Assembly (NCBI RefSeq): GCF_009914755.1
Contig: NC_060939.1
Strand: one strand, 5' to 3'
Length of the DNA stretch: 64,000 nucleotides
Source: the human T2T-CHM13v2.0 reference genome, Homo sapiens
Below are positions 26,365 to 40,259 of the stretch, one piece after another; positions within the stretch are counted from its first letter, which is position 1; each line of letters begins with the position of its first letter. Under the pieces are notes generated by a model that was not told where the DNA came from, searched no databases, and saw only the letters and a program-made list of their open reading frames with translations. A program made the position numbers and the translations under genes.

Positions 26365-26931
26365 ATGCACTCACACATGCACACTCACGCACACTCTCAC
26401 ACATACACACTCATGCACATGCTCACATGCTCACACTCACACATGCACTCATGCACATGCTCGCACATGCTCACACACACATGCACAGGCTCACAAACTC
26501 ACATGCACACTCATGCACTCGCTCACACATGCTCACACTTGCACACATGCACAGGCTCACATACACATGCACACTCATGTGCATGCTCACACATGCATAT
26601 GCTCACATACTCACACATGCACACTCATGCACACGCTCACACACGCTCACACACATGCATATGCTCACACATGCTCACACACATGCATTCACACACACAT
26701 GGTCACACACACCCACATGCATTCACACACACGGTCACACACACCCACATGCACACTCATGTACATGGTCACACACACTCATGCAGGCACACACACGCTC
26801 ACATACAGTCACACACATGCACAGGATCACACATGCTCCCACTCACACACACTCATGTTCTCTCACACACTCACATGTTCACTCACACACACTCATGCTC
26901 ACACACACACTCACACTCATACACACACACA
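26365..26931. repeat. Degenerate CA-rich simple repeat (CACATG/CACACT units)
   Basis: ~570 bp of alternating purine-pyrimidine repeat; the source of the His/Thr-rich ORFs. Confidence 0.95.
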
Positions 26932-27124
26932 TCCTAAAAAAGGAATCAAAGGGAAGGAGCCCAGCACTGGTAAGTGGAACCGATAGGTGGTGGTGGGCAG
27001 GGGGCAGTGCTCCGGAGCTGGGGGTCTTTGTAAAGGAATCACAGAAAGGGCTGGGTGGGATTCCAAAAGCCACTTGGTGCAAAAGTCAGCTCCCACTTTC
27101 TTCCTCCCCTTTTCTCATCTACGT

Positions 27125-28100
27125 GGAGTGCGGCCACACTTCACAGGTAATGGGCACAGTCCTCTGCAAGACTGTCCTCACTCCAGACATCAGCTGCAAG
27201 CTCACGGGTTCCCCAGGCCACCCGCCCTCTAACCAGTTGGCTACAAATTTAGGAGTTCCCATGATCACCCTCAGGTTTGATAATTTGCTAGAAAGACTCA
27301 CAGGACTCAGAAAGGCACTATATTTAAGATTATAATTTTTTAAACTGTAGTAACATACACATAGCATAAAATTTACCATCTTAGCCATTTTTCGGTGTCC
27401 AGTTCAGCAGTGCTAAGCACACTGGCATTGCTGTGCAGCTAATCGTGGGAATGCTTGTCACCTTCCAAAATCGAAACTCTGTACCCATCAAACAACCATT
27501 CCCCATCCCTCCTTCCAGCTCCTGGCAACCACCCTGGAACTGTTTCAGTGTCCATAAATTTGACCCCCTAGGTGCCTTGTATAAGTGGAATCCTACAGCA
27601 TTTGTCTTTTTGGCCATTATAGTTTTATTATAGCAGAAGGTTACAAATCAGAGCCAACCAGAGAGAGAGAGACATGTATGCAAGGTATGGGTGGATTTCA
27701 AATGCAAAGCCCCCACTACCCTCAGGGACACATCACCCTCTCAGCTTTGAATGTGGCCAACTCAGAGGACTGCCAACCAGGGCAGCTCACCCAAGCTTCA
27801 GTGTCCAGAGTTTTTATTGGAGTTTCATATAGCCATAATTGATGCAATTATTGCCCACATGATGGAATTCAATCTCCAACCCACCTCCCCTCCCCAGAGG
27901 TCAGGCTGATGTACTATGACTCAAAGCCCCAGCTCTCTAATGCCATGACTGCTTTTCCTGACATAGACAGTCCTTATCCTGAATTATCTTGTTAGTGTAA
28001 ATGATGGAGGGGCCCACCTTGAGTCACCTCATCAGCAGAAGCTACTAAGTGTAGTCTAAGAGGCTCACAGTGAATAGAAACAATGGGGCCCTATAACCCT
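27125..28100. mobile_element. MER21-like LTR element split by an L1 fragment
   Basis: 'caagactgtcctcactccagacatcagctgcaag...ggtttgataatttgctagaaagactcacaggactcag' and 'tcagtgtccagagtttttattgg'. Confidence 0.75.
27335..27615 (-). mobile_element. L1MB 3' fragment nested in MER21
   Basis: 'cataaaatttaccatcttagccattt...cctggcaaccacc'; ATTATA.TTTT on both flanks. Confidence 0.8.
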
Positions 28101-28145
28101 CAAGGGGGGATCAGGGATGTTTTTCTAACAGCTCATAGGCCCTAC

Positions 28146-28684
28146 TGCCTTGGTCGAAGGGTGACCCCCAAATATATTCCCACATCCAGGAACCTGTGAA
28201 TGTGAGTTTATTTGGAACAAAAGGTCTTTTCAGATGTAATTAAGTTGAGGATCATGCACACACTCACACATACTCACACTAGCACACATGCACAGGCTGA
28301 CATGCTCACACACACACATGCACTCATGTACATGCTCGCACATGCTCACACTCACACATGCACAGGCTCACACACTCTCACATGCACACTCATGCACACG
28401 CTCACACATGCTCTCACACACACACGCACAGACTCACATGCTCACACCATGGGAAGACAGAGGCAGAGACAGGAGTGATGCTGCCAAAAGCCAAGATGCC
28501 CGGGGCCACCAGAAGCTGGCGGAGTGAAGGAAGGATTCTCCCCTAGAGCCTTCAGAGGGATCCCAGCCCTGCTGGCCTTGATTTGGGTCTTCTGGCCTCC
28601 GGAACTGTGAGGGAATTGATTTCTGTTGCTTTCAGCCACCCAGTTTGTGGCGATTTGTTACAGCAGCCACAGGAAATGAACACA
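28146..28684 (+). mobile_element. MLT1B/C LTR with its centre replaced by a CA tract (28254-28447)
   Basis: 'gaacctgtgaatgtgagtttatttgga' ... 'gattctcccctagagccttcagaggga' ... 'gttacagcagccacaggaaa'. Confidence 0.85.
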
Positions 28685-28929
28685 GAGAGCCTAAATGATA
28701 CCCCTCACAGGCCATGGCCTCCCCTCAAGACAGACCGAAAGAGGGACTAAAGGGACACTGAGGCAGGCACCCAGGCAGAAGGGATATGAGAGGCTGGGGC
28801 AGATGGTGGCAGTGGGGCCCACAGGCTTCTCCATCTTCTCCTTGGCAAGAGAAGCCCCCGGCCTCTGTTGCCCACTCTCCTCTGCACAGCCATCTGCTGT
28901 GGGAAGAGCTCCATTCTGGTTAGTGAAAG

Positions 28930-29302
28930 CCATTCATGGTAAACCTGCCTCCTTTGCCAGTGACAAGTTAAGGGGTGGGCATGTGTCCTGGCCAGTAAAA
29001 TGTGAGAGGAAAGATTTCCTGGTTTTTACAAAGGGGTGTCAGGGAGGAGACAGTTCCTACTCTCTTGGACCTGTCAGGGTGGATGGAGCCACAGCACCCA
29101 CCTTGTGACCATGAGGGCAGAAAGCTGGCTCACTGAGGAGGGCCAAGGGCAAAACAGGAAAGAACCTGACTCCCTGATGATATTGTCCAGCCCCTGATTC
29201 ACCAGCCCCGCCCCCTGGGCTTCTTATAGTGGTGATAATTAATTCCTTCTTTTGGGGCCTTTTGGGTCAGACTTTTCTGCTACTTGTGGCCAAAGCACTT
29301 TT
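28930..29302 (+). mobile_element. Old MLT1 (J/K-like) LTR
   Basis: 'accttgtgaccatgaggg...gaaagaacctgactccctgatgatattg...ttttctgctacttgtggccaaagca'. Confidence 0.6.
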
Positions 29303-29304
29303 AC

Positions 29305-29540
29305 TCAATGGTTTTCAAACATTTTTAAATCAAATCTCATTGTGAAAATATTTTACATTGGAATCCAGATCCATACAGAGAACTGAAACAAATAATTCAC
29401 AAAATAGTGTGTACAACACATTCGGATATTTTCTATCCTTTTTTTTTTTCCTTTTTTAAGTTACTGGTCACAACCTAGCATTTATTGATTGATTTCATGA
29501 TCCATCAGTGGTCATGACACACAACTGGAAAAGCACTATC
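29305..29540 (-). mobile_element. hAT-Charlie MITE (same family as 6070-6337)
   Basis: 'gaactgaaacaaa...gatttcatgatccatcagtggtcatgacacacaactggaaaagcact'. Confidence 0.5.
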
Positions 29541-30129
29541 TGAAAAAAAAAAAAAAAAAAGAAAGAAAGAAAAAAGAAATATTTACCAAGGAGAGAGAAA
29601 AGTAAGTTGCCCCAGTGGAGGCAAAATCATACGGATCCTGCCCCAGACACCAAGATGGTGTCTTGGGGCACCGGTTGGGCACAAAGAAAGACAGGTGTGG
29701 AGAGGGACACAGCGGGTGAGTCAGAGAAACAGTGAGACAGAGATGGAGGAAGAGCCCCGCTCAGCCGCAGCTGCACACCCACAGATGCTGGCATGGTCCC
29801 CCGAGAAGGGCAGAGTGGGAGGCAGGCAGAATCAAGTGGAAAACACAGAAGACCCGGTTTGGGAAGGAAGAGACAAACAGATACAGGAAATTAAAAGTGA
29901 GATGCAGAGACAGAAGTGCAAGCAAGCTGGAAAGTGGAGATTCTAAGGCTGAGACCCAAAGGAGACACACCCCAGACTAAGCCAGAGCATGAGGGGCCTG
30001 TGCACCGGCCAGAGTCTTAGTGACCAGAGTCCAGCTGCAGGGCTGGGCTCAGCCACTGATGAGCCTGTGGCCTTGGTCAAGTCACTTCACCTTTCAGCCT
30101 CTGCTTCCTTCTCTGGGAAACCCAGCTAG

Positions 30130-30800
30130 CAGTCCTTCCTTCACACGAGTGTGGAGAAAGTCAGCCTGCAAGGCGAGCACCAGGACTTGACAGTCTCTAA
30201 AGGATGGACGGATGTCCGTCCGGAAGGGCAGTCCACGCAGACCCCCGCCCTTGGCCGGACAGAGAGTCTTTCGCTGCCACCCACCCACGGCGTCCCCAGT
30301 GTCCCTCTCCCGACAGTCCCCTCCCCCACTTCTCTGCCCATAGGAGGGAAACCCATTTCCCTGGGAACAGCTGTGTTTCCTCAACAAACAAATGTTCTCT
30401 TAAAACGTTTTTGAGGAAGAGCGGATGGTAATGAGCAGACATCTGGCCGAGCGGCACACTTTCGTTTTTGGCAGCTCCGGAGCCCGCCAAGTGACTATTC
30501 CCTAATGTTCACCACATCCCAGCCCCTGCTATTCCCAATCAGGCTTGTACCACTACGCCTCAATTAAGAGCAGATGTGGGGCTGAGCGAACAAGGAGGAA
30601 AAAACACCCTTCCCCAGCGTCCCTCTGCACTGCTCAAAATCCAAGGAAGTGGTCTGAGAACTCGCAGCGGCTCCAGCTTCTGCCTTTCTAATTCATCCAT
30701 CCATCCATCTGTCCATCTGTCCGTCCGTCTATCCATCCGGCTGCCCCTGCCATGGCCTTTGGGGATACAGATCTGAACGACAGATCCTTTCCCCCTGTCT
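30130..30800. promoter_or_regulatory. CpG-retaining patch, candidate enhancer or weak promoter
   Basis: Local excess of CpG over flanks, GC-box CCCCGCCC near 30243, ETS-like CCGGAAG near 30220, (CCAT/CCGT)n near 30695-30740. Confidence 0.35.
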
Positions 30801-30830
30801 CCTCGACAGACATTCTTCTTCCCTATAATA

Positions 30831-31049
30831 CAGGCATTGGCAAACAGGCTCTAGGAAGGGCCAGATAAAAAATATCTGGCTTGGCAGCCCACATGGTCTT
30901 TGTCACGTCTTCAACTCCACTGTTGCAGTGTGAAAGCAGCCATGGACAATACATAAACAGATGAGCATAGCTGTGTTCCAATAAAACCTTACTTGCCAAA
31001 ATGGTGGCAGGCTGGATTTAGCCCATGGGTCATCATCTGCTGACCCCTG
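30831..31049. mobile_element. MER58A DNA transposon, near full length
   Basis: CAGG..TTGGCAAAC start, 'ctgtgttccaataaaac', 'ctgacccctg' end. Confidence 0.85.
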
Positions 31050-31074
31050 CTATATGACAACATCTGAAGTTGAG

Positions 31075-31935
31075 GTAGTCACATCTTGGTGTATCTGCTT
31101 TAACTGTCCCTCACCTGCTGCACTGCATGAGCCCTACTACCTCCTCCCCACCCCACTCTCGTGGACTCAATTGATTGGCCCACCCTGGGAAGACACAGGT
31201 GGTGATACCTGACCCAAGTTGGGCTACTCAGAGTCTTTCCCCAGGCTAAGGAATTGGACCAAGTGGGTCAGTTGGGTCTGGAGCTAATTTACACTGGGAA
31301 CCCAGGGACCACCATCTTCTTCCTGCCTCCTAGACAGAGATGCAGAGAAAAATGGGCTGTAGACAGTGCAAAACTGCTTTGGTCTGAATATTTGCCTGTC
31401 CCCTAAATTCATGTGTTGAAACCCTCACCCGCAAAGTGATGGTTTCAGGAGGTGGGGCCCGTGGCTAGATCATGAGGGTGGAGCCTTTATAAATGGGATT
31501 AGTGCCCTTATAAAGAGACCCCAGAAAGACCCTTGCGCCTTTCATCATGTGAAAATACAGTGAGAAGGTGCCATCTCTGAACCAGAAAGCAGGCCATCAT
31601 CACCAGATACATAATCTGCCAGCAGCTTGGTCTTGGACTTCCCAGCCTCCAGAACCATGAGAAATAGATCTCTGTTGCTTATAAGCCACCCAGTTTATGG
31701 CATTTTGTTATAGCAGCCCCAAGGTTCTAAGACAGGAATGAAATAACCCATGTGGAGAGAGGCTGCCTGGCATCCTAATGCCCTTTCAGACTGTCCCCAT
31801 CCTGTCCTGAGCCCTGCCTACATTCTGGCCCTGTGTTCCCCAAAGCCCTCTGGATCCTTCTTAAAGAGTCTGCTTTTCTGTTTATACTGGCTTAAGTTGG
31901 TGCTTGCTTCAATTAACCAAGCAAGGCTTTCTGAA
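31075..31935 (+). mobile_element. LTR16-like ERVL LTR interrupted by MLT1A0
   Basis: 'acctgacccaagttgggctactcagagtctttccccagg' and end 'ggcttaagttggtgcttgcttcaattaaccaa'. Confidence 0.5.
31375..31734 (+). mobile_element. MLT1A0-like solo LTR
   Basis: 'aaattcatgtgttgaaaccctc...gggattagtgcccttataaagagacccc...ttgttatagcagccc...taagaca'. Confidence 0.85.
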
Positions 31936-32274
31936 CCACTTTCTGCCTATTCATTCCATTCATACAATTAATTGGCTTTTGTGCCAGGGCTTGCCCTGCA
32001 GTAGATACCAATGCAAGTAAGATATGTCCTTGCCCTCCAGCAGCAGATAGGTAACAAAATAGGGGAGCTGGACTTCCGTATTCCTCACTCCTACACAACC
32101 CACAATGTACTGATAAGGAGTGCACCAACTGCCAAGGAGGAAGGGGTATGAAGTAGGAGGTAGGGGAAATCTGAGAGCCTTGGCAGAGGAGGGACCATTT
32201 GTAGGCCTTGGAAAGTGAGTTGACTTCAGGCAGAAAAATAAAGGGGAGGGGGTGGTGCTTGAGTATAGAGCAAC

Positions 32275-32985
32275 ATATTCCAAATTAGGTTCACAGAACA
32301 CTAATCCCAGAAGGGGTTTTGTGGTATCCATCCTCCCCTTCTTTCTTACGCATAGACCTCAGATTCCATTCAACTGATAATGTACTCCTTAGAAATACTC
32401 ACTCTCCCAGGCTCCTTTGCAGCTAGAGTGATCAAGTGACATACTTCTGGCCAATGAGATGTAAGCAGAAGTCAGCTGGAGGATGCTTCCAGGATATAAA
32501 GGTTCAAACTCACCTTTGCACCTTGCCTTCTCCTTCTTCCTGCCTGGAATGTAGCTGTGGTGCCTGAAAGGGCTGTGGTCGTTTTGCAACCATCAGGATG
32601 AAAGCTACATGTTAAGGAGGGCAGAGCAGGAAGCTGGAAGAGTCTGGTTTCCCAGTACCATGACTGAGCCACCACATCAGCCCTGGACTGCTTATTTCTG
32701 TACTGGTTCCTGGCCACTACTGAGGGAGGTGGTTCTCTTATTTGCAACTCAACACATTTCTAACCAATGCAATGTTTAATGATAAAAGAGTTCTAAGGAC
32801 CAAATCAGTTTGTGTATACCAATTTCCACTGCCAGAGATTCATGAAATAGATTATTACAGGTTCTGAGAAACCTTAACATGAAGATCACTGTCTAACCCA
32901 ATGTTTCCCAAAATGTTTGTTCACCAACACCTCCACTGCCAGGATGCCAATGGGCATGACATGGAACACACTTCAGGAAACAAGC
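32275..32985. mobile_element. MER103-like DNA transposon split by an MLT1J-like LTR (~32320-32771)
   Basis: MLT1 'ttctggccaatgagatgtaagcagaagtc...cagccctggactgc'; host 'ttcacagaacactaat' and 'catggaacacacttcaggaaac'. Confidence 0.6.
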
Positions 32986-32989
32986 TATA

Positions 32990-34300
32990 GAGAAAGGAGT
33001 ATGGGCTTCTGAGTCAAGAAAGATCTGGGTTATAATGCTGTGTGGCTTCAGGCATCTCACATAACCTCTCTGAGCCTGAGGTTCCTACTCCATAAAATGA
33101 GGGAGGGACATTACAGGTTACAGGTAATCCAGGTAAAGTGCTCGGCACTGTCTGTGGCTCCTAGTCAGTCGTCAACGATTCTTATTAGCTGCTAGGATCA
33201 TGTTTTGGAAGGAAGATAGCATCAGAGACAGAAGACCCTGGTTTGAGTGATGGTTTGCCACTTCCTTTCTCTGTGACCCTGGGCCAGTGACTGCACTTCT
33301 CCGAACCTCCGTGTTCTGAATGGCAGAGGAGGAATTATAATGTCTACTTGGGCAAGAGGAGATATGTGGAAAAGCCTGGCCCTGGGAGGACATTCCCCTA
33401 GTGCAGGAGCCCAGAGCTCTGCCACCAGACCCTGCCTCCAGTCCCTGCAGGCCACCCCTCTGCCCCAAAAAAGGCTACAACATTTGGCTTCTGCCTTTTC
33501 ATTTGTAAGGCGTCTGCCTCGCCTCCCTGCCCACTTGTCTATCTTCCCTCAGGGATCGCCACTGAACCCTCCTGGTTGCTCCCCAGTGCAGAGCCTCCAC
33601 TTCAGCCAGCTCTGTCTCCTCAACAGTCACACCTGCAGTGCCCAGTGCAGCCTCCCAGCCTTGGCTCAGGCCAGGGTCCCCTCCAGCCCTCCCAGGCAGC
33701 CACATTAAGAGGCTCAAACAAAAGCACAGGTGCGTGGCCTGAAGACCCAGACTGCATCTTCACGCTGTGTGCGAGGCCTTGGGGAAATGGCTTCCCCTCT
33801 GAGCCTCAGTTTCCTCCTCTATAAAAAGAAGGGGTTGCAACAAATAGAATTGAAAATGAAGATGATGAGACTTGCTTCACAGAGTTATGAGGAAGATTAA
33901 ATGAGGAAAAAAAGCATATCTATACGTGCATTGATGATAACATATAATATTCATTGGTTACTATTATTTACATTTTATTTTATCAGCCTTACTTTTGAGG
34001 CCTTTCACTCTCCTTAGTTATCCTCTCCCCTCTTCAGAGTGAGCTTGACTTTTTATTTGACATGTGCTGAGTGTTCACTGTGTGCTGGGTACACTGTTTG
34101 TATTATCTTATTTCATCTTCCCCCAAATTCTATGAGGTAAATCCTCTGTTTATTCCTATGTTCCAGTTAAGGAAACAAGCTCGGAGAGGCTAAGTCATTG
34201 GCTTGGGTCAGATGGCATATATATAGCAGATCTGAGGCTCGAATCCAGGTATTCTGGTGTTAAAGCTTATGCTTCTAACTACAGCACTATCCTGCTTCCC
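32990..34300. mobile_element. Cluster of MIR fragments
   Basis: 'acctctctgagcctgaggttcctactccataaaatgagg', 'ctctgagcctcagtttcctcctctataaaa', 'aaggaaacaagctcggagaggctaagtca'. Confidence 0.6.
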
Positions 34301-34409
34301 TACTGGCTGTCAAAACCTGTCTATCAATCCTGACTCCAGGCAAATGAGGCAGATATTAACTTGCTCTTCTGTCTCAGGAACAGATCTCATGCCATGTTAG
34401 TCATTGACA

Positions 34410-34690
34410 TGTTAGTGTGAACTGAAACCTACTTTCTGAAGTTCTTTTCTGACTCATCACAGGCAGAGGTCCCTGCTGCCTCCTTTGTGCCCCCAAATGT
34501 CATGTAATTCCCCAGCATAGCCTTGCCGTGCTGCATGGGACTGGTACCTGTCTGTCCCTCTGAACTGAATTTGTGGATTGGTCAAGGATTATATGTATTC
34601 ATCTCAGTGTCCCCAGTGACCAACACAGCACCTGCCACTAAGCAGACACCCAATTAAATCTGAAGAATGAACAAATGAAGTGAGTTAATC
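34410..34690 (+). mobile_element. L2 3' fragment
   Basis: 'tgtattcatctcagtgtccccagtgaccaacacagcacctgccac...gaatgaacaaatgaa'. Confidence 0.65.
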
Positions 34691-35892
34691 ATACCTCCTA
34701 ATGAAAGCCATATGCATACGTGAATCTTGAGGCAGTTTTCATTTTAGTGAAATGACAGTGATATGTACTTAGAGTCAGGGCTGGTCCTACCAGGAAGGGG
34801 CTATAAATTAGGGAGCCCCCAAAGTTCCCTTCTATTCCCAGAAATGCTCCCTCACCTCATTGCTGCTCACTGTTCTAGCTTTCCTTTCACTGTGGGCAGA
34901 CTTTCCTTCCCCTGGAAAGCCCTCTCCCTTCCTTTAAACTTCTGTTCAAGTCCCACCTCCTTCCAGAAGTCCTCCACCCAAATCCTGATCCATCCCCCTT
35001 GTCTCTGAACTCCCGGATTCGACTGCAGCTCATTTTGTAGCCAGACACTAACAGAAACTAACCATGTATTAAACAGGGAACACATCGGAAGGCTCTTGAG
35101 CAGCACTCAGAGCTGACGCGAAGGCGGGAGACCCAGGCATAGGAAATGCACAGGGGTGAGGGAAGCCAGGCGTTCCGTCCCCAGCTGGATCCACACTGCA
35201 GGGATTACTTGGTGAGGTTGCCAGCACTGGCCCTGGGCCTTGCTGCGAGGATGAGTACAGAACTGCCCTTACTTCTTCTCATCACTCACTTATAATCCGC
35301 CTCCAGCTTGGAAGAAGCAAAGGGGCCAAGCTTAGATCAGATGTCCACGTCCTCGGCGCAGCAAGGTGGGGCTATGTTCTGTACTGGGCCACACGCCAGG
35401 GTGTGTTGCACGAATGCAGCAAGGGCTTGGGACCACTGCTGTCCAACCCTCTGGCTGCCCAGCCTTCATGCCCATCCCTCTGCTGTTCTCATGGTTTGCC
35501 GGGGCATGAGAAGTGAGCACATGCAAGAGCTTTTTAGGAGGCAAACTCAGCAAGGCTTGCAGATGAATTGGATATGGGATGAGGGGAAGTACGAAAGCTG
35601 CCCGCTGGGTTTCTGGCCTGCAGAGCTAAGGGGATGGAGATGTCATCAGAGGTGGGACCACTCAAAGAGGACTTAGTGTTGGAAACAGGTCAATAGCTCA
35701 CTCTCCGTACACCCCCTCCAAAGCTCCCAGACTCACCTCTTCACCCAGAGCAGTTTCTCCTGGCTGTGCTCCATGCTGTCCTCTGGCCACACCTCTTTAC
35801 CAGGCCGCTATTTCCCATTTTTGGTTCCCTTTTCCTCAGCAAGGTCTCTCTAGCTTCAGCCATTGGTGCTTTTTCTTTCTTTAGCAATATAT

Positions 35893-36676
<784 letters not shown>

Positions 36677-37522
36677 CTACCATGCGCCTGGCACTGTGCT
36701 GGGGGCTGAACTCACCTCCCACCCATCCTGCTTATGGGCTGGTGAGGCAGGCGCGAGCTTGCTCATCACAGGCAGAAACTCAGGTCCAAAGCTTAGAAAG
36801 AAACTCACCCAAAGGTTCACAGCCAGCCCACAGCAGGGGCCGGACTCAGCCTCACATCTTTGTCCCTTGTCCCAACACAGCCCATCCCACTTGGGGCTGC
36901 CTCTCTACAGGCCCTGGGAAGAGAAGCTTTTTCTAATTGGCTAATTCTGTGGAGAAAGTTGAAGGGGTGTTTGGCAGGTAGGGATTGGCGTGAGAGAGGG
37001 GTGATGGAGTTTGGCTTCATTCTGGGACCCCCAGGCCAGGCTTCCTTCTGGTGGTGCTTCCCCCGCAGGAAGAGAAAGCATGAGGTCACTTGCACAAAGC
37101 CCTCTCTGAAAGCAGCTGCCCAGGCTACCAGAGCCTGCTCTAGAGACAGGCGCCTGAACCCCCAGCAGGGCCAGCTCTGGGGGGCAGGGAAAGGGCCCTG
37201 CTCTCCCTCTCTCATCCCCACATCTTAATGCCAGAGCAGGGGCCATAGGGAGAAAGGGGGACTCTGTAACCTGTACAGCGTTGAGGGCCCCTTAGGATGG
37301 TCAGAGAGGAGAGGGGAGGATGGGGAGAGGAAACCAGAGAGGGATGGAAGTGGCTCCCCACCTCCCTGTCCTGTCTCCCTCCCTCCCTCCCTCTTCTTTC
37401 CCTTCAGAATGTAGGAGCCCAGGGCCCCCTGCGGGGTCACAGTGCTAAGCCACGCTACCTGGCTCCAGGCTGCGGCAGGGGGCCTGGTGGGGCTGGTTTG
37501 TGTCCATGTCCAGTGTGTGTCA

Positions 37523-37544
37523 GGGGCAGGGGCAGGGGCAGGGG
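37523..37544 (+). other. G-quadruplex motif (GGGGCA)3GGGG
   Basis: Four G4 runs with 2-nt CA loops. Confidence 0.7.
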
Positions 37545-38744
37545 CAGCTGCCAAGCTGTCTTCCCAACTGCAGCTTCCCCCAGAGCCCGCACCTGCCCTG
37601 AGAGAGACCTGACAGTTCCCTCGGGACACTGAAGAGCCTGAAGATGCAGCTGCTACCTTGATACGAAGCTCTCCCAGCCCACAGCGTCACCATGTGTTCT
37701 CTGTAAGTTATGTTTTAAGGTAAGACCTTCTATTTGGACTCAGTGATGTGTGTTAAGCACAAAGCAGCTGCCAGGCTCCCTGCACACACCCATTTGTGGA
37801 GTCTGCCAAGGAGGCCAGGGCTGGCGAAGGATTTTCCCTTGCAAAGGAGGACTCTGCACCCGGAGCAACAAGGCCAGGCCCCAGAGGCACTGTGCTGGGC
37901 CGGGTGTCACTTGGCACCTTTGCTCTCCCCTGAGGTTCAGAACTGCTTTTCCCAGAACCCCCCTCTCTGTAGGGTTCAAGTTGGCAAGATCTGCAAGGTG
38001 GAAGTGAAGTGCAGGGCTTGGGGCCAGGCCAGGGACATGCACAGAGCAGTCCCGGGGCCCTGGCTTGTCCCCGCCCCGGCAGCAAACAGCTCCTGTTTCT
38101 GACTGCTGACCCTACCACCCATCAACAACCCCCCGGCTACCACCAGGTGCCTCCACAGGGTCGCGGTCTTCCAGGACTCCTCACGAGCTCTCCCACCACA
38201 GCTCCAAAGGCCAGGGCCTGAAACCCAAAGAGGCCCAGGGAATGAGCAGCCGAGCTGGAGTACGGCGCAGGCAGGTCGTGGGGTGTAGTGGCCACAACAC
38301 AGACAGACAAATCCCAGCCCCGTCACTTACCTGCCTGTAAGAGCTCAGCGGGGTCACGGCTCCCCATGGAGCCTCAGTTTCCCCATCTGAAAAATGCGGG
38401 TAATAGTCTCTGTCTACAGAGTGGATGTGAGGGTCTGAGATCCTGTCCCAAAGCACCTGGCCATGGAAGGTACCCCACTCAATGGCACACTTCACAATGA
38501 CCTCCTGTCATAGAAACACTCATATTTCCTGTTTTCTAGAACATATGCCCTTTGCACATGAATGTACATTTAAAAAATAATAATGAAGAAAAATGAAACT
38601 TGAACTCCAAGTCTCTGCTGCGCCCCAAGCCCAGCTTCCTGAAAGCCTGCTCCCTCTCAGAGGAACTCATTGAGTTCCTACAGTTGGTCTGAAGCCTTCT
38701 TTACACTTGGGTCTAAGAAATGTCCCAGTCCTTCAGTTTTCTAA

Positions 38745-39140
<396 letters not shown>

Positions 39141-40128
39141 TAGAGCATTTCTGCAGCACTCTATATCCCCACCCCTTCTTCAGTCCTATAAGAAGTTGCT
39201 CATGGACATGGTGTCCCCGGACATGGGGCAGGGCCGAGCCCATAGCCCAGGCTGTGACATTGACGTTGATGCTGCCCCTTCCTCTGCAAATGTCTGCTAC
39301 AGGACCTCTGGCCCCTGCAGCATGGAGCCAGCTACTGATATGCTCCAGTCTGCTGGCTATGCCCAGAGCCACCAAAGACCCCTGTCCAGTCCCCTGACCC
39401 CCACCACCAGCCCAACAAAGCCCTGCCAGCACTGGGAAGCAGGCACAGGACCCCATCTCTGGAACTCACAACCTCCTCATCTCCTCTCCCAGCAGAGCAT
39501 CCAGAGCCACCATCTTCTTCCAGGTACTTTTTCACCCTCTCCCTGATCCTGAGGGCACCCTATCCCCCCAGGCCTGCCCGCACCCCAGGAAAAGCCAGAT
39601 CCACCCTAAGATGACCAAATCTGGTGGCAGCCCCCAAAACACAAACGCTGTCACTCTTGCTCACCCCTCACCCACCTCTGCCCCACCCTAGCACTCAAAG
39701 GCTTGGATTTCCCTTTCCAAAAAGAGGGACTGAGATGCTGCTTTCATTTTCCTCCATCACAAAACTAAACTATGATCTTAAATATCTTTTTCAACAATTC
39801 ACTTTGTAACCTACACGCTCAGGCCCCTGGGGCCCAGCTGCCTGCCCAAGATCCTGGAGTTTCAGAGAAAGAGCTGCTGCCCTGCTAGCTGGCCACCAAG
39901 TGCCCAGCCCCCAAAGGTGGACTTAGCTCCCCTCTCAGATCGGACTCACTCTCTGTGATTTGTTAACGGTGACACTAACATGAGTTTGCATTCATTGCTC
40001 TGACAAGGGTCATGTCCAAAGTGGAATGGGTGGGAATAAACGATTCAAAAATCCATTAGGAAGTGAGCCCACAGGTGGCAGAGTGACTGTGTGATTTCTC
40101 ATTCACCCGGGATATCGTCTATACTTGG

Positions 40129-40259
40129 TAGGGTGACCGGATGATGTATTTTCTGAACAGAGACAGTTGTGAGCAAGAACGAGGGGTCATTAGTAATTAC
40201 GCCGGGCAGCAGGTGTAAATCAGGCTTTCCCCAGGTGCCTCGGACATGTGGTCACCCAT
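40129..40259. mobile_element. MER94 hAT-Blackjack MITE
   Basis: Terminal inverted repeats TAGGGTGACC...GGTCACCCA; internal 'attagtaattacgccggg'. Confidence 0.8.

Noticed and set aside
26218-27335. Long His/Thr-rich ORFs (239, 210 and 302 aa)
   Set aside because: All three frames are open because the CA-rich simple repeat lacks stop codons; there is no evidence of a real metal-binding protein.
38324-38333. Perfect minus-strand splice donor CAG|GTAAGT
   Set aside because: It lies in or next to MIR-derived sequence with no supporting acceptor or exon.
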